From Candidatus Doudnabacteria bacterium (GTDB lineage Bacteria > Patescibacteriota > Doudnabacteria > UBA920), in the NCBI GenBank assembly GCA_016218585.1, contig JACRDK010000004.1:21347-85346 (forward strand): a stretch of DNA of 64,000 bases, in the 5' to 3' direction. Every line of letters starts with the position of its first letter. The first letter of the stretch is position 1. Positions 9,933-19,241 of this stretch are shown piece after piece. The position numbers were made by a program, and so were the translations under genes. The notes beneath the pieces were generated by a model that saw only the letters and a list, made by a program, of their open reading frames with translations, was not told the DNA's origin and did no database searches.

Positions 9933-10598
9933 CTACTTCTTTTTCTTATCGTCTTTTACTTTAGGAATTATTACTAAAGGTTTAACTTTTCCGGTGGAAA
10001 TAACTTTTATAGTTCCATTTCTGTGTCCCGGAACCGCACCCTTTAAAGTAATTAAATTATTTTTAGCATCAACTTCGACAATCTGTAAATTCTTTACTGT
10101 AACCTGCTCAACGCCCATATGTCCGGACATTCTTAGGCCCCTGCGGGTATGCTGAGGAAAACGTTGACCAATGGAACCGACAGAGCGGGGCTTGTTATGA
10201 CCGTGGCTGGCTGGGAAACCGGCGAAACCGTGGCGCTTCATTGCACCGGCGAAACCGCGTCCCTTACTTATGCCAATAACATTAACCACTTCACCCGGAA
10301 CAAAGCTGCTAATTTCCAATTTCTGTCCGCGTTCGTATTTGTCGTTTTCGCCTACGCGAAATTCCGACAAAACGCCAAAAGTACCCAAATCCTTTAGGTG
10401 TCCCTGTAAAGATTTAGATACTTTTTTCTTTTTGTCGATACCGACTTGCACTGCATTATATTTATCTTTGCCACCGGCAGACTTAACCTGGGTAACAACC
10501 ATAGATCCGGCCTTAACAACAGTAACCGGAATTACTTCGCCGGTTGCTTCGTCAAAATACTGAGTCATATTGAGTTTCTTGCCTATCAAAAAGTTCAT
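9933..10598 (-). CDS. rplC: 50S ribosomal protein L3
   Basis: LIGKKLNMTQYFDEATGEVIPVTVV. Confidence 0.9.
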   Translation of the reverse strand: MNFLIGKKLNMTQYFDEATGEVIPVTVVKAGSMVVTQVKSAGGKDKYNAVQVGIDKKKKVSKSLQGHLKDLGTFGVLSEFRVGENDKYERGQKLEISSFVPGEVVNVIGISKGRGFAGAMKRHGFAGFPASHGHNKPRSVGSIGQRFPQHTRRGLRMSGHMGVEQVTVKNLQIVEVDAKNNLITLKGAVPGHRNGTIKVISTGKVKPLVIIPKVKDDKKKK

Positions 10599-10821
10599 AG
10601 TTTGGTAATAAGTTAAAAAAAACGGGCCGATTTGCCCGTAAGTATCAACACGGAATCAATACCATGTTGGTTCTTGCTGGTAAATCGTTGTCCCATTGGT
10701 TGACCCGTTACGACGGGTTTGGCCTATGAGAACTAATTTCCAAATAATTTGATTGTTTTATTTGCGCAATCTACGCCCGCCTGCAACGCATATGCGTAGC
10801 ATTTCGGGCAGGTATCTGCGA

Positions 10822-11145
10822 TTACGACATCTTAATCTCTACATCCACACCGGCCGGAAGATTTAAGTTAGTAAGGGCGTCGATGGTTTTAGGAGTTGCG
10901 GAAACTATATCAATTAATCTTTTATGAACGCGCATTTCAAACTGTTCGCGGCTGTCTTTGTGAACGAAAGTAGAACGAAGTACTGTGTACTTAGTTTTTT
11001 CCGTAGGCAGCGGAATTGGGCCTGAAATAGTCGCCCCGGTCCTTTTGGCCGTGTCAACAATTTGTTTAGAGCTCTGGTCAATAAGCTTATGATCGTAAGC
11101 TCTAATCTTTATACGAATTTTGGGAGCGGCTGGTTGCTTGTCCAT
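10822..11145 (-). CDS. rpsJ: 30S ribosomal protein S10
   Basis: [17 protein letters not shown]. Confidence 0.9.
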   Translation of the reverse strand: MDKQPAAPKIRIKIRAYDHKLIDQSSKQIVDTAKRTGATISGPIPLPTEKTKYTVLRSTFVHKDSREQFEMRVHKRLIDIVSATPKTIDALTNLNLPAGVDVEIKMS

Positions 11146-11376
11146 TTGTTAAGATGCTCTTAACTTGATTAATATGGGCTACAAAACAAGGCTTTTTAAA
11201 GCCCTTGTAGCACTTGCAATATTTTATACGAACCCTGAGATTTTGTCAAATAGCAAATCTGCTCAAAACCTAAATGACCAAATGCCAATTATCCACCCCA
11301 AAACAGCTTAAAAATATGCTTTTACCTCTGTTTTTCACAAATTCCGCTTAATTATAAGCATTTTCAGTAAAAACCA

Positions 11377-11405
11377 TTGACAAAATACTTAAAAAATGCT
11401 ATAAT
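11377..11405 (+). promoter_or_regulatory. Near-perfect sigma70 promoter, TTGACA-17 bp-TATAAT, driving the small ORF at 11443
   Basis: TTGACA at 11377-11382, a 17-nt spacer and TATAAT at 11400-11405. An AAGGAGGG ribosome-binding site lies 8 nt before the ATG. Confidence 0.6.
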
Positions 11406-11442
11406 CTTTGGGTTAAATTTCCTTTAAGGAGGGAGAATAGAA

Positions 11443-11688
11443 ATGACTGTAAGGATAGAGCGACTGGCTGTGAGAATGTCAATTTTCCTCTATGGCATTC
11501 TGAACGCGATTTTCGTGGGCATCGCCTATAAGCCGGCCATGTCCTACACAAAAAGCTCATCGGGAGAGTTGGCAAACCTGCTGACGATGCTTCTGATTGA
11601 AGCCCTTGTGTTGTTCAACCTCGCGATAGCGGCAACAGCCCTACTCATGAGGCTTGAGAAAAAACCTGACGCCACGACTCAAACGTAA
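11443..11688 (+). CDS. Small hydrophobic protein (81 aa, two predicted TM helices), antisense to the ribosomal-protein and tuf genes
   Basis: Consensus promoter, strong ribosome-binding site and two tandem terminators; local GC is higher than the surroundings. Confidence 0.55.
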   Translation: MTVRIERLAVRMSIFLYGILNAIFVGIAYKPAMSYTKSSSGELANLLTMLLIEALVLFNLAIAATALLMRLEKKPDATTQT

Positions 11689-11719
11689 ACAACCCGGGCT
11701 TGCCCGAGATGGCAAGCAG

Positions 11720-11806
11720 ACAGCGCAGACCTTTACCGGCCTGCGCTGTTTTCAATTTCTTAATACAAACTAAAACTCCCCTCGCGAAAGCGGGGGGAGT
11801 TTTTTC
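11720..11806 (+). terminator. Tandem rho-independent terminators
   Basis: CAGCGCAG...CTGCGCTG+TTTT, then CTCCCCTCGCGAAAGCGGGGGGAG+TTTTTT. Confidence 0.6.
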
Positions 11807-11845
11807 TACAAGCTAATTACTACTTACTACTAACTAGTAATTAAG

Positions 11846-13033
11846 CTATTTGATGATTTTAGTAACAACACCAGCGCCTACGGTATGGCCACCTTCGCGA
11901 ATAGCGAATTTGCCTTTTTCTTCCAAAGCGACCGGAGTAATTAATTTCACAACCAACTTTACGGTGTCTCCTGGCATAACCATTTCCTGACCTTCCGGCA
12001 AGGTAACGTCACCAGTAACATCGGTGGTGCGAATATAGAATTGCGGCTTATAACCCTTAAAGAACGGGGTATGGCGTCCGCCTTCTTCTTTGCTCAAAAT
12101 ATATACTTCGGTTTCAAACTCGGTATGAGGAGTAATGGAACCCGGTTTGCACAAAACTTGTCCGCGTTCTACTTCTTCTTTCTTAGTACCGCGGAGCAAA
12201 ATTCCTGCGTTGTCCCCTGCCATACCGCTGTCCAACTGCTTGTTGAACATTTCGATACCGGTAACAACAGTCTTAGTTGTTGGCTTTAAACCAACAATTT
12301 CAATTTCATCGGATAATTTAATTTCACCGCGTTCGATTCTACCGGTAACTACGGTACCGCGTCCTTCAATGGAGAAGATGTCTTCAATCGGCATTAAGAA
12401 CGGTTTGTCGGTTTCGCGCTTCGGATCCGGGATGTAGGTGTCCAAATATTCAACAAGTTTCAAAATGGAACCTTCGCCCATTTCAGAAGTGTCTCCTTCC
12501 AAGGCTTTCAAAGCAGAACCGCGAACAATCGGGGTGTCTTTGCCTGGGAATTCGTATTTGGTCAAAAGGTCGCGAATTTCTTCTTCAACCAATTCCAAAA
12601 GTTCAGCATCCTGAACCATATCGCACTTGTTCATGTAAACAATAATGTAAGGAACACCTACCTGCTTGGCTAACAAAATGTGTTCGCGAGTCTGCGGCAT
12701 AGGACCGTCAGTAGCGGATACAACCAAGATGGCTCCGTCCATTTGAGCAGCACCGGTAATCATGTTCTTGATATAGTCGGCGTGTCCCGGACAGTCAACG
12801 TGGGCGTAGTGGCGCTTAGCGCTTTCATATTCCACGTGAGCAGTGTTAATGGTAATACCACGGGCTTTTTCTTCCGGGGCATTGTCAATGCTGTCGTAGG
12901 CGCGAGCCTTGGCTCCACCAGTTTTAGACAGAACTGTAGTAATAGCAGCAGTAAGGGTGGTTTTGCCGTGGTCAACGTGACCAATGGTACCAACGTTTAC
13001 GTGCGTTTTGCTACGGTCAAATTTGTCTGCCAT
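11846..13033 (-). CDS. tuf: Elongation factor Tu
   Basis: [15 protein letters not shown] and the full-length EF-Tu sequence. Confidence 0.95.
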   Translation of the reverse strand: MADKFDRSKTHVNVGTIGHVDHGKTTLTAAITTVLSKTGGAKARAYDSIDNAPEEKARGITINTAHVEYESAKRHYAHVDCPGHADYIKNMITGAAQMDGAILVVSATDGPMPQTREHILLAKQVGVPYIIVYMNKCDMVQDAELLELVEEEIRDLLTKYEFPGKDTPIVRGSALKALEGDTSEMGEGSILKLVEYLDTYIPDPKRETDKPFLMPIEDIFSIEGRGTVVTGRIERGEIKLSDEIEIVGLKPTTKTVVTGIEMFNKQLDSGMAGDNAGILLRGTKKEEVERGQVLCKPGSITPHTEFETEVYILSKEEGGRHTPFFKGYKPQFYIRTTDVTGDVTLPEGQEMVMPGDTVKLVVKLITPVALEEKGKFAIREGGHTVGAGVVTKIIK

Positions 13034-13459
13034 TTGAATTTGCCTTTCTTTCGGAGAATCGGATTGTCGGAGAATCGGAAATAAAGTTTTGGCTTAATTT
13101 TCCGACTTTCTGATTTTTCTGATTTTCCGGGTTGCCCGAGACCCCCTCATCACTAATGCTTATCGATAAGGCATCAGTGCCGAGGGTATCTCTTTCTTTC
13201 CTTACGGAATCCAGGGCATTTGATTAATTAATTTTTACCCGCCTTAAGCTCGAAAGCTTTGGTTAGGGCTAGAACTTATTTTAAAGATATTTTGCCTTGC
13301 TGTCAAACAGCATAATGTGATACTGATATACAAATACATTCGGATGATACTGATAATACCGATTCGCTCTTTGTCAGTTTGTCAGTATCTTTATTAACCC
13401 TGCCTACCGGCAGGCAGGCGTATTATCAGTATTCAAATCTGTATATCTGCATCATAGCT

Positions 13460-13816
13460 CTATAAATCTTCCATATCCATCTTTGGGCCTTCAAAGTCAA
13501 AACTCGGATCTATGACCTCAGCGCGCAAATCCACCCTGGGAAATGCCCGCTCGCTAATTATAACCGGCCCTTTAACCGCCGCCTCGGGAACAGACGGCGC
13601 GGGCGAAACAGGAGCCTCTTCCTGTAATTGCGCATTTAAAATTTCCCTATTTATTTTTTCAACATCCAAAATTTGTTTTTGCAGTTTTCCCAGCAGCAGG
13701 CGCTGATATTCCGCCAGCGGCAAAATTACCAATTGTGTCTCCCCTGTTTCATCAATAACAAAAAACTTGCCTCCATCGGCCTTGGCTAAATTTATAATAT
13801 CCTTTAATGAATTCAT
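13460..13816 (-). CDS. Hypothetical protein; the N-terminus weakly resembles a Phd/YefM-type fold (QLVILPLAEYQRLL)
   Basis: 118-aa ORF; motif similarity only. Confidence 0.35.
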   Translation of the reverse strand: MNSLKDIINLAKADGGKFFVIDETGETQLVILPLAEYQRLLLGKLQKQILDVEKINREILNAQLQEEAPVSPAPSVPEAAVKGPVIISERAFPRVDLRAEVIDPSFDFEGPKMDMEDL

Positions 13817-13951
13817 GATTTTTCTTTCTTAATTTCCCGCCAGGGGCGGGCATTCCCTAATTTCATTCTCATTATACGCCTCTTAGAAAGGCTTTACAAC
13901 TTTCTAAATAATTTGGTATTCTTGGGACTAGAATTTTGCAGGAGGATTGCG

Positions 13952-14320
13952 ATGTTGATTGTTTGTAAGGTGTTTGCTGTTTTGGTTTTTTATCACTCAG
14001 CGTCCTTTATGCATGCTGCCATAAATATGTTAATTTACAGAAACTTACCTAGCAGCGAAAGGAAAACTTCTGGCCCAATAACAAAAGCCTTCCACCTCGG
14101 AATTGCCATTTTGGCAACGACTCTTCTCCCCCCCTCACAAATCACAATACAAGAACTAGCCTTAGCAATTTTGGTTTATGCTGGCACGGCCATCTGGTGT
14201 TTTAACAAGGCAGTGAAGCACGTAAAGGATCAAAAAACGAGAGAGGCAAATGTATTTGGCGGTACTGGGATAGCGTTTATGTCGTTAGTTTTTTTCTTTT
14301 TTGGGTTGTGCTTGGTGTAG
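13952..14320 (+). CDS. Hypothetical membrane protein (about 122 aa, roughly 4 TM helices); start moved to the ATG preceded by AGGAGG
   Basis: gcAGGAGGattgcgATG; a hairpin plus T-run terminator lies at 14353-14400. Confidence 0.5.
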   Translation: MLIVCKVFAVLVFYHSASFMHAAINMLIYRNLPSSERKTSGPITKAFHLGIAILATTLLPPSQITIQELALAILVYAGTAIWCFNKAVKHVKDQKTREANVFGGTGIAFMSLVFFFFGLCLV

Positions 14321-14550
14321 AACCTCCTTACCGCAAAACAAGAACAGCTTTGTGCCGGCGGGTCCGTAAGGACTCCGCCGGCATCATCATTTTTATATTT
14401 TATAAATTGTGCAGATTTGGACGATCGTCAGAATATGTACAAAGATAAAAATGTAAAATACTCTGAAAGCTCTAAATTTAAAACAGGCCAATGCAATCGC
14501 ATTGGCCTGTTTTTATCTGTACTATCTGTTCCCATCCGTAATCCGTGATT

Positions 14551-16671
14551 CTACATACCTTTTCTAACATTGATGCCGGCGCGGGATTCAATAATCTTTT
14601 CCGCTACGTTCTTCGGCACTTCAGCGTAATGGTCAAATTCCATAGTATAGCTGGCTTGACCCTGGGTCATAGAACGCAAGGCTGTGGCGTAACCGAACAT
14701 TTCGGACAACGGCACAAAAGCGTCAATAATCTTTAAGTGCAAGCGGTCAGTCATTTCATTAATCTGAGCGCGTTTGCTGTTTAAGTCTCCGATTACGTCA
14801 CCCATGTTTGTTTCCGGAGTGGTAACTTCAACTTTCATAATCGGTTCCAAAATAATTGGGGTAGCTTTTTTAACAGCATCCTGCAAACCCTTGGAAGCGG
14901 CAATTTTGAAAGCCATTTCCGAGGAGTCAACTTCGTGGTAGCTACCATCGAACACAGCAGCTCTAAAGTCTACCAATGGGTAACCGGCAATAACGCCGTT
15001 TGCGGCAGATTCCTGAATACCTTTGTCGATTGGCTTGATATATTCTTTTGGAATAACACCACCAACAACTTCATCCACGAATTCATAACCCTTGCCGCGC
15101 TCAAGCGGTTCAACGCGAATATAACAATGTCCGTATTGTCCGCGTCCACCAGTCTGGCGAATGTATTTGCTTTCCGCTTCGGCAATCTTCTTAATGGTTT
15201 CCTTGTAAGCTACTTCCGGCTTACCAACGTTAGCTTCCACTTTAAACTCGCGCTTCATGCGGTCAACAATAATTTCCAAGTGCAATTCACCCATACCGGC
15301 AATAATTGTCTGCTGGGTTTCTTCGTTAGTGGAAAGTTTGAAGGTCGGATCTTCTTCAGCCAATTTAGACAAAGCAATGCCCATTTTTTCCTGGTCAGCT
15401 TTGGTCTTCGGTTCAATGGACATGGAAATAACCGTGTCGGCAAACTTGATAGTTTCCAAACGAATCGGCTTTTCTACATCGCACAAAGTATCTCCGGTAA
15501 ATGTTTCTTTTGGTCCCACAAGGGCGCAAATATCTCCGGCAAAAACTTCTTTAACTTCATCGCGCTGGTCGGCACGCATACGGACAATACGTCCAACGCG
15601 TTCTTTGTTGCCGGTGCGGGCGTTAAGAACATAAGAACCGGCTTCCAATTTTCCCGCGTACACGCGGAAGAAACACAAGCGTCCAACGAACGGGTCGGTG
15701 GCAATTTTAAAAGCCAAAGCTGTAAATGGTTCTTCGTCGGAAGGCTTTCTTAAAATTTCCGCATCGGTTTTTAAGTCATGGCCTTTTACCACGCCGCGGT
15801 CAACCGGGGAAGGTAAAAAGTTAACAACGGCGTCAAGAATTTTTTGAACAATAATTCCGCGTCCGTCGCCGCCTAAGACCGGGAAGAATTTTCCGCCCTG
15901 AACGGCTTTGCGAATTGCAACCAAGAATTCATTTTCTGTGAGTTCTTGTCCGCCTAAATATTTTTCCATTAAGGCGTCATCGCTTTCAACTACTTTTTCA
16001 AGCAACTTATGGCGATATTCCTTGGCTTTTTCCAGCATATCGGCCGGCACTTCGCCAACGGTAAACTCTTTGTCGGTAAAATCTTTATAGGTGTAGGACT
16101 TCATATTAATAAGGTCAACTACGCCATTGATATCTTTTTCAAAACCAATCGGCAACTGAATTGGGAAAGCATTCGGGGAAAGGCGCTTATGAATAGAATC
16201 CAAAGACTTATAAAAATCTCCGCCAGTTTGGTTGATTTTGTTAATGAAGCACATGCGAGGCACCTGGTATTTATCGGCCTGGCGCCAAACAGTTTCACTT
16301 TGCGGTTCTACACCCATTTTTCCATCAAAGACAACAACCGCGCCGTCGAGAACGCGCAAACTGCGTTCTACTTCCACGGTAAAGTCCACGTGGCCCGGAG
16401 TGTCAATAATGTTAATTTTGTGCTTAACGTCCCCTGCCAATTTAATAAAGCGGGGGGTCCAGTAGCAGGTAACGGCGGCGGAGGTAATGGTAATACCGCG
16501 CTCGCGTTCCTGTTCCATCCAGTCGGTGGTAGTTTCACCTTCGTGCACCGCGCCAATCTTGTGAATCATACCGGTGTTATACAAAACACCTTCGGTGACG
16601 GTGGTTTTACCGGCATCAATGTGGGCAATAATTCCAATATTGCGGGTTACTTCTATAGGATATTCTCTCAT
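14551..16671 (-). CDS. fusA: Elongation factor G
   Basis: [12 protein letters not shown] and the full 706-aa EF-G sequence. Confidence 0.95.
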   Translation of the reverse strand: MREYPIEVTRNIGIIAHIDAGKTTVTEGVLYNTGMIHKIGAVHEGETTTDWMEQERERGITITSAAVTCYWTPRFIKLAGDVKHKINIIDTPGHVDFTVEVERSLRVLDGAVVVFDGKMGVEPQSETVWRQADKYQVPRMCFINKINQTGGDFYKSLDSIHKRLSPNAFPIQLPIGFEKDINGVVDLINMKSYTYKDFTDKEFTVGEVPADMLEKAKEYRHKLLEKVVESDDALMEKYLGGQELTENEFLVAIRKAVQGGKFFPVLGGDGRGIIVQKILDAVVNFLPSPVDRGVVKGHDLKTDAEILRKPSDEEPFTALAFKIATDPFVGRLCFFRVYAGKLEAGSYVLNARTGNKERVGRIVRMRADQRDEVKEVFAGDICALVGPKETFTGDTLCDVEKPIRLETIKFADTVISMSIEPKTKADQEKMGIALSKLAEEDPTFKLSTNEETQQTIIAGMGELHLEIIVDRMKREFKVEANVGKPEVAYKETIKKIAEAESKYIRQTGGRGQYGHCYIRVEPLERGKGYEFVDEVVGGVIPKEYIKPIDKGIQESAANGVIAGYPLVDFRAAVFDGSYHEVDSSEMAFKIAASKGLQDAVKKATPIILEPIMKVEVTTPETNMGDVIGDLNSKRAQINEMTDRLHLKIIDAFVPLSEMFGYATALRSMTQGQASYTMEFDHYAEVPKNVAEKIIESRAGINVRKGM

Positions 16672-16864
16672 AAATAAATATTAGATTAGAGATTTAAGAA
16701 TTAAACTTTTATTTTTAATTTTGAAGTTTCCAAAACTTTTGTAACAGTCTATCAAGCTTTTAAAGTTGTAAAGTTTTTCAAGTTTCTACATCCGCTTTAT
16801 GAACTTAACGGACACGGCTAACTTGATAAACTTTACAAACTTGATGAACTTTTAACTCGTCGCT

Positions 16865-17431
16865 TTAGCGGCGGCCAAAACGCGCAAAGTGGGCAAAAGC
16901 TTTGTTGGCTTCAGCCATACGGTGTACATCTTCGCGTTTCTTCATAGCGCCACCGGTCTTGTTGTATGCATCCATAATTTCACCGGCAAGTCTTTGCGCC
17001 ATAGGAGAACCTTTTTTGGCGCGGCAGGCGGCCAATAACCAGCGCATGGCTAAAGTGGTGCGGCGAGGTTCCATAACTTCCATTGGTACCTGATAGTTAG
17101 CACCGCCAATGCGGCGGGATTTTAATTCCATAATTGGGGAAACATTTTTTAAAGCAATATCAAAAACCTGGCGGCCTTCCAACACTGCCGGCTTTTCTTC
17201 TTTTGCCGGTTTTTCTCCGGTTGTTTTAGAAGCCGTTGTGGCTGTAGCCGGGGCGGTTAGAGTAGCGGCTTTTTCGCCGACTATGTCTAATGCATCGTAA
17301 AAAATCTTGCGGGCAACATTCTTCTTGCCGCGTTCCATTAAATAGTTAATGAATTTTGCATATTTAACCGAGCCGTAACGAGGGTCCGGTTCTGGAACGT
17401 GTTTATCGTAACTTCTGGATTTTCTTGGCAT
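16865..17431 (-). CDS. rpsG: 30S ribosomal protein S7 with an Ala/Thr/Lys-rich internal insertion of about 35 aa
   Basis: MPRKSRSYDKHVPEPDPRYGS. The protein is 188 aa against about 156 aa normally. Confidence 0.9.
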   Translation of the reverse strand: MPRKSRSYDKHVPEPDPRYGSVKYAKFINYLMERGKKNVARKIFYDALDIVGEKAATLTAPATATTASKTTGEKPAKEEKPAVLEGRQVFDIALKNVSPIMELKSRRIGGANYQVPMEVMEPRRTTLAMRWLLAACRAKKGSPMAQRLAGEIMDAYNKTGGAMKKREDVHRMAEANKAFAHFARFGRR

Positions 17432-17519
17432 ATGTTTATTCCACTAATTCACGAATTCTCACTAATTTCACGAATACCACTTAGTGTGATTCGTGATGAT
17501 TAGTGAATTCGTGGATAAA
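17432..17519. repeat. Repeat family R6 (CACGAAT words) immediately downstream and upstream of rpsL; second copy at 17934-18019, about 90% identical over about 75 bp
   Basis: CACTAATTTCACGAATA.CACTTAGT.T.ATTCG.GATGATTAGTGAATTCGTGGATAAATTATT occurs on both sides of rpsL. Confidence 0.85.
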
Positions 17520-17933
17520 TTATTTTCTCTTCGTTCCGTATTTAGAACGGCTTCTCTTTCTCCCGTCGACTCCGAGAGTATCTAGCTTTCCGCGAACAAT
17601 GTGATAACGGACACCGGGAAGATCTTTTACACGTCCGCCGCGGATCATTACTACGCTGTGTTCCTGTAAGTTGTGGCCAATACCCGGGATGTAAGCAATA
17701 ACTTCCATTCCGTTGGTAAGTTTGACCTTAGCCACTTTACGCAAAGCCGAGTTCGGCTTTTTAGGCGTTGTGGTATAAACCTTTAAACAGACACCGCGCA
17801 TAAACGGGGCGCCGGTTTTTATGAACAATGTCTTGTTCTTTATCAAGTTCTGCCTGCGCATTAACGCCGGAGACTTGCTTTTGGTTTTAAGAGGGCTTCT
17901 GCCTCTGCGAACCAATTGATTGATTGTTGGCAT
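17520..17933 (-). CDS. rpsL: 30S ribosomal protein S12
   Basis: [12 protein letters not shown]...[10 protein letters not shown]. Confidence 0.95.
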   Translation of the reverse strand: MPTINQLVRRGRSPLKTKSKSPALMRRQNLIKNKTLFIKTGAPFMRGVCLKVYTTTPKKPNSALRKVAKVKLTNGMEVIAYIPGIGHNLQEHSVVMIRGGRVKDLPGVRYHIVRGKLDTLGVDGRKRSRSKYGTKRK

Positions 17934-18310
17934 TTTTTCTCCACCAATTCTCGAATTAACACTAATTTCACGAATACTACTTAGTATAATTCGCGATGAT
18001 TAGTGAATTCGTGGATAAATTATTTTCTTGAATACTTTAAATAGCCATAAAAAAACTGACAAAAGATGTCAGATCTTTCGCGCTCGCCTGCTTGGTACTC
18101 ATCAGAAACCTTTTGATGTTTCTTCCCTCCCCTCCTAAGGGGAGGGTGAAGGGAGAGGTTGTCTTCCCAAAACTTGCGACTAATAAATAGTGATTCAATC
18201 GCCAATACGCTGATATGCACAGATTGCGCGGATTTCTGCATCCGTGTTATCTGTTGCTATTTGCGTATTTGCGACTGGGCTTCTTATTCAATTAAACACA
18301 TTATACAGAA

Positions 18311-18339
18311 TTGACTTTAATCTGTCAATTTGCTACGAT
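18311..18339 (+). promoter_or_regulatory. Candidate sigma70 promoter (TTGACT-17-TACGAT) upstream of the Cys-rich ORF
   Basis: Spacing and sequence only. Confidence 0.35.
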
Positions 18340-18374
18340 AAAATGTTTTCAGGCTATTTTTAAGGAGGACGATC

Positions 18375-18701
18375 GTGTCTGTTTTTCATTATCAGGGCAT
18401 GAGAGTTGAAGGCGGTACAGAACCTACAATAACCGAAGCCCCTCTCAAACAATGCCCAGGCGGCGAACACTCGTGGACTATGACCAGCTTTGAATGGGTA
18501 CTGGCTAAGTCGGGTATCTTCCACAGCAACTACTTCTGGACAAAGACGTGCCCTTTATGTAGCCACCTGTTCAAACGGTACAGGCGCAAAGAGCTGTACT
18601 ACTGCCTGGTGTGCCACTCCAAAGGCCACATCACGCCGTCCGTTGTGCACGGGCGCTGTGATGACTGCAACACATTCCAAACAAATTTGGCTGAGAGATA
18701 G
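18375..18701 (+). CDS. Cys-rich small protein (108 aa) with two predicted zinc ribbons; GTG start
   Basis: A perfect AGGAGG sits 7 nt upstream of the GTG. Motifs CPGGEH, CPLC, CLVCH and CDDC. About 52% GC against a background of about 38%. Confidence 0.55.
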   Translation: MSVFHYQGMRVEGGTEPTITEAPLKQCPGGEHSWTMTSFEWVLAKSGIFHSNYFWTKTCPLCSHLFKRYRRKELYYCLVCHSKGHITPSVVHGRCDDCNTFQTNLAER

Positions 18702-18711
18702 GAGGAATAGC

Positions 18712-18918
18712 ATGCCGACGATGTCAGAGGTAACTGGTGTAATGGAGATCGCCATATTTTTAGGAGGGCACCTTGGCTCGATGGCCCTCAAGACTGTCAC
18801 AGCCCGAACACCACTTTCTGAAAGGAAAACAACACGCAATCTCAGCTTTGTGATTGCCGTGACAGCGATCTGTTTTTTCGCCCCCATCGCCGCCGCGATT
18901 TACTTTTTGAGAGGCTAG
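18712..18918 (+). CDS. Small membrane protein (68 aa, 2 TM), translationally coupled to the Cys-rich ORF
   Basis: AGGAGGaatagcATG starts 10 nt after the upstream stop; a terminator follows at 18931-18972. Confidence 0.5.
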   Translation: MPTMSEVTGVMEIAIFLGGHLGSMALKTVTARTPLSERKTTRNLSFVIAVTAICFFAPIAAAIYFLRG

Positions 18919-18930
18919 TCCTCTCCTCAC

Positions 18931-18972
18931 CGCCGGCCGCTTCTAACCATCGAAGCGGCCGGTTTTGCTTTT
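18931..18972 (+). terminator. Rho-independent terminator
   Basis: CCGGCCGCTTC...GAAGCGGCCGG followed by TTTT. Confidence 0.6.
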
Positions 18973-19010
18973 CTTAGACATTGACAAATGCTCACAAATT
19001 CAGTAAAGTA

Positions 19011-19241
19011 ATGCCTATGCCAGTTTTAGTACCGCTTGTTGATGAAGTCATCGGCTGTAAGGTTATTGCCATAAACGGCAAAGCCGTATCAGTAAATGGC
19101 GAAATTGCCGTAGAAGGAGGAATGGTCAAAAGATGTTGGGTGGAGAGAGGACACAAGTTCTATAAGTTGCTTGACCCGACAACCCGCTCGGAGTTTCCAA
19201 GCTACTTCCGGGCTTCGGATTTCACTACTGTCGACGGATAA
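19011..19241 (+). CDS. Hypothetical small protein (about 74-76 aa), possibly leaderless
   Basis: TTGACA (18981)-17-TAAAGT lies immediately before the ATG codons at 19011 and 19017; a terminator follows at 19265-19305. Confidence 0.4.
   Translation: MPMPVLVPLVDEVIGCKVIAINGKAVSVNGEIAVEGGMVKRCWVERGHKFYKLLDPTTRSEFPSYFRASDFTTVDG

Noticed and set aside
14935-15753. 272-aa plus-strand ORF inside fusA, and many other antisense ORFs inside ribosomal-protein genes, tuf, leuS, pnp and the surface protein (for example 259-558, 803-1276, 12680-13084, 49506-50069, 50448-51161, 44977-45441)
   Set aside because: These are shadow ORFs opposite well-supported conserved genes. They have low-complexity, biased composition (N/F/L-rich) and no motifs.
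18020-18241. 73-aa minus-strand ORF between rpsL and the Cys-rich operon
   Set aside because: It overlaps the R6 repeat and the R8 hairpin repeat, its translation is driven by the GGGAGGG tracts, and it has no start context. It is probably non-coding.
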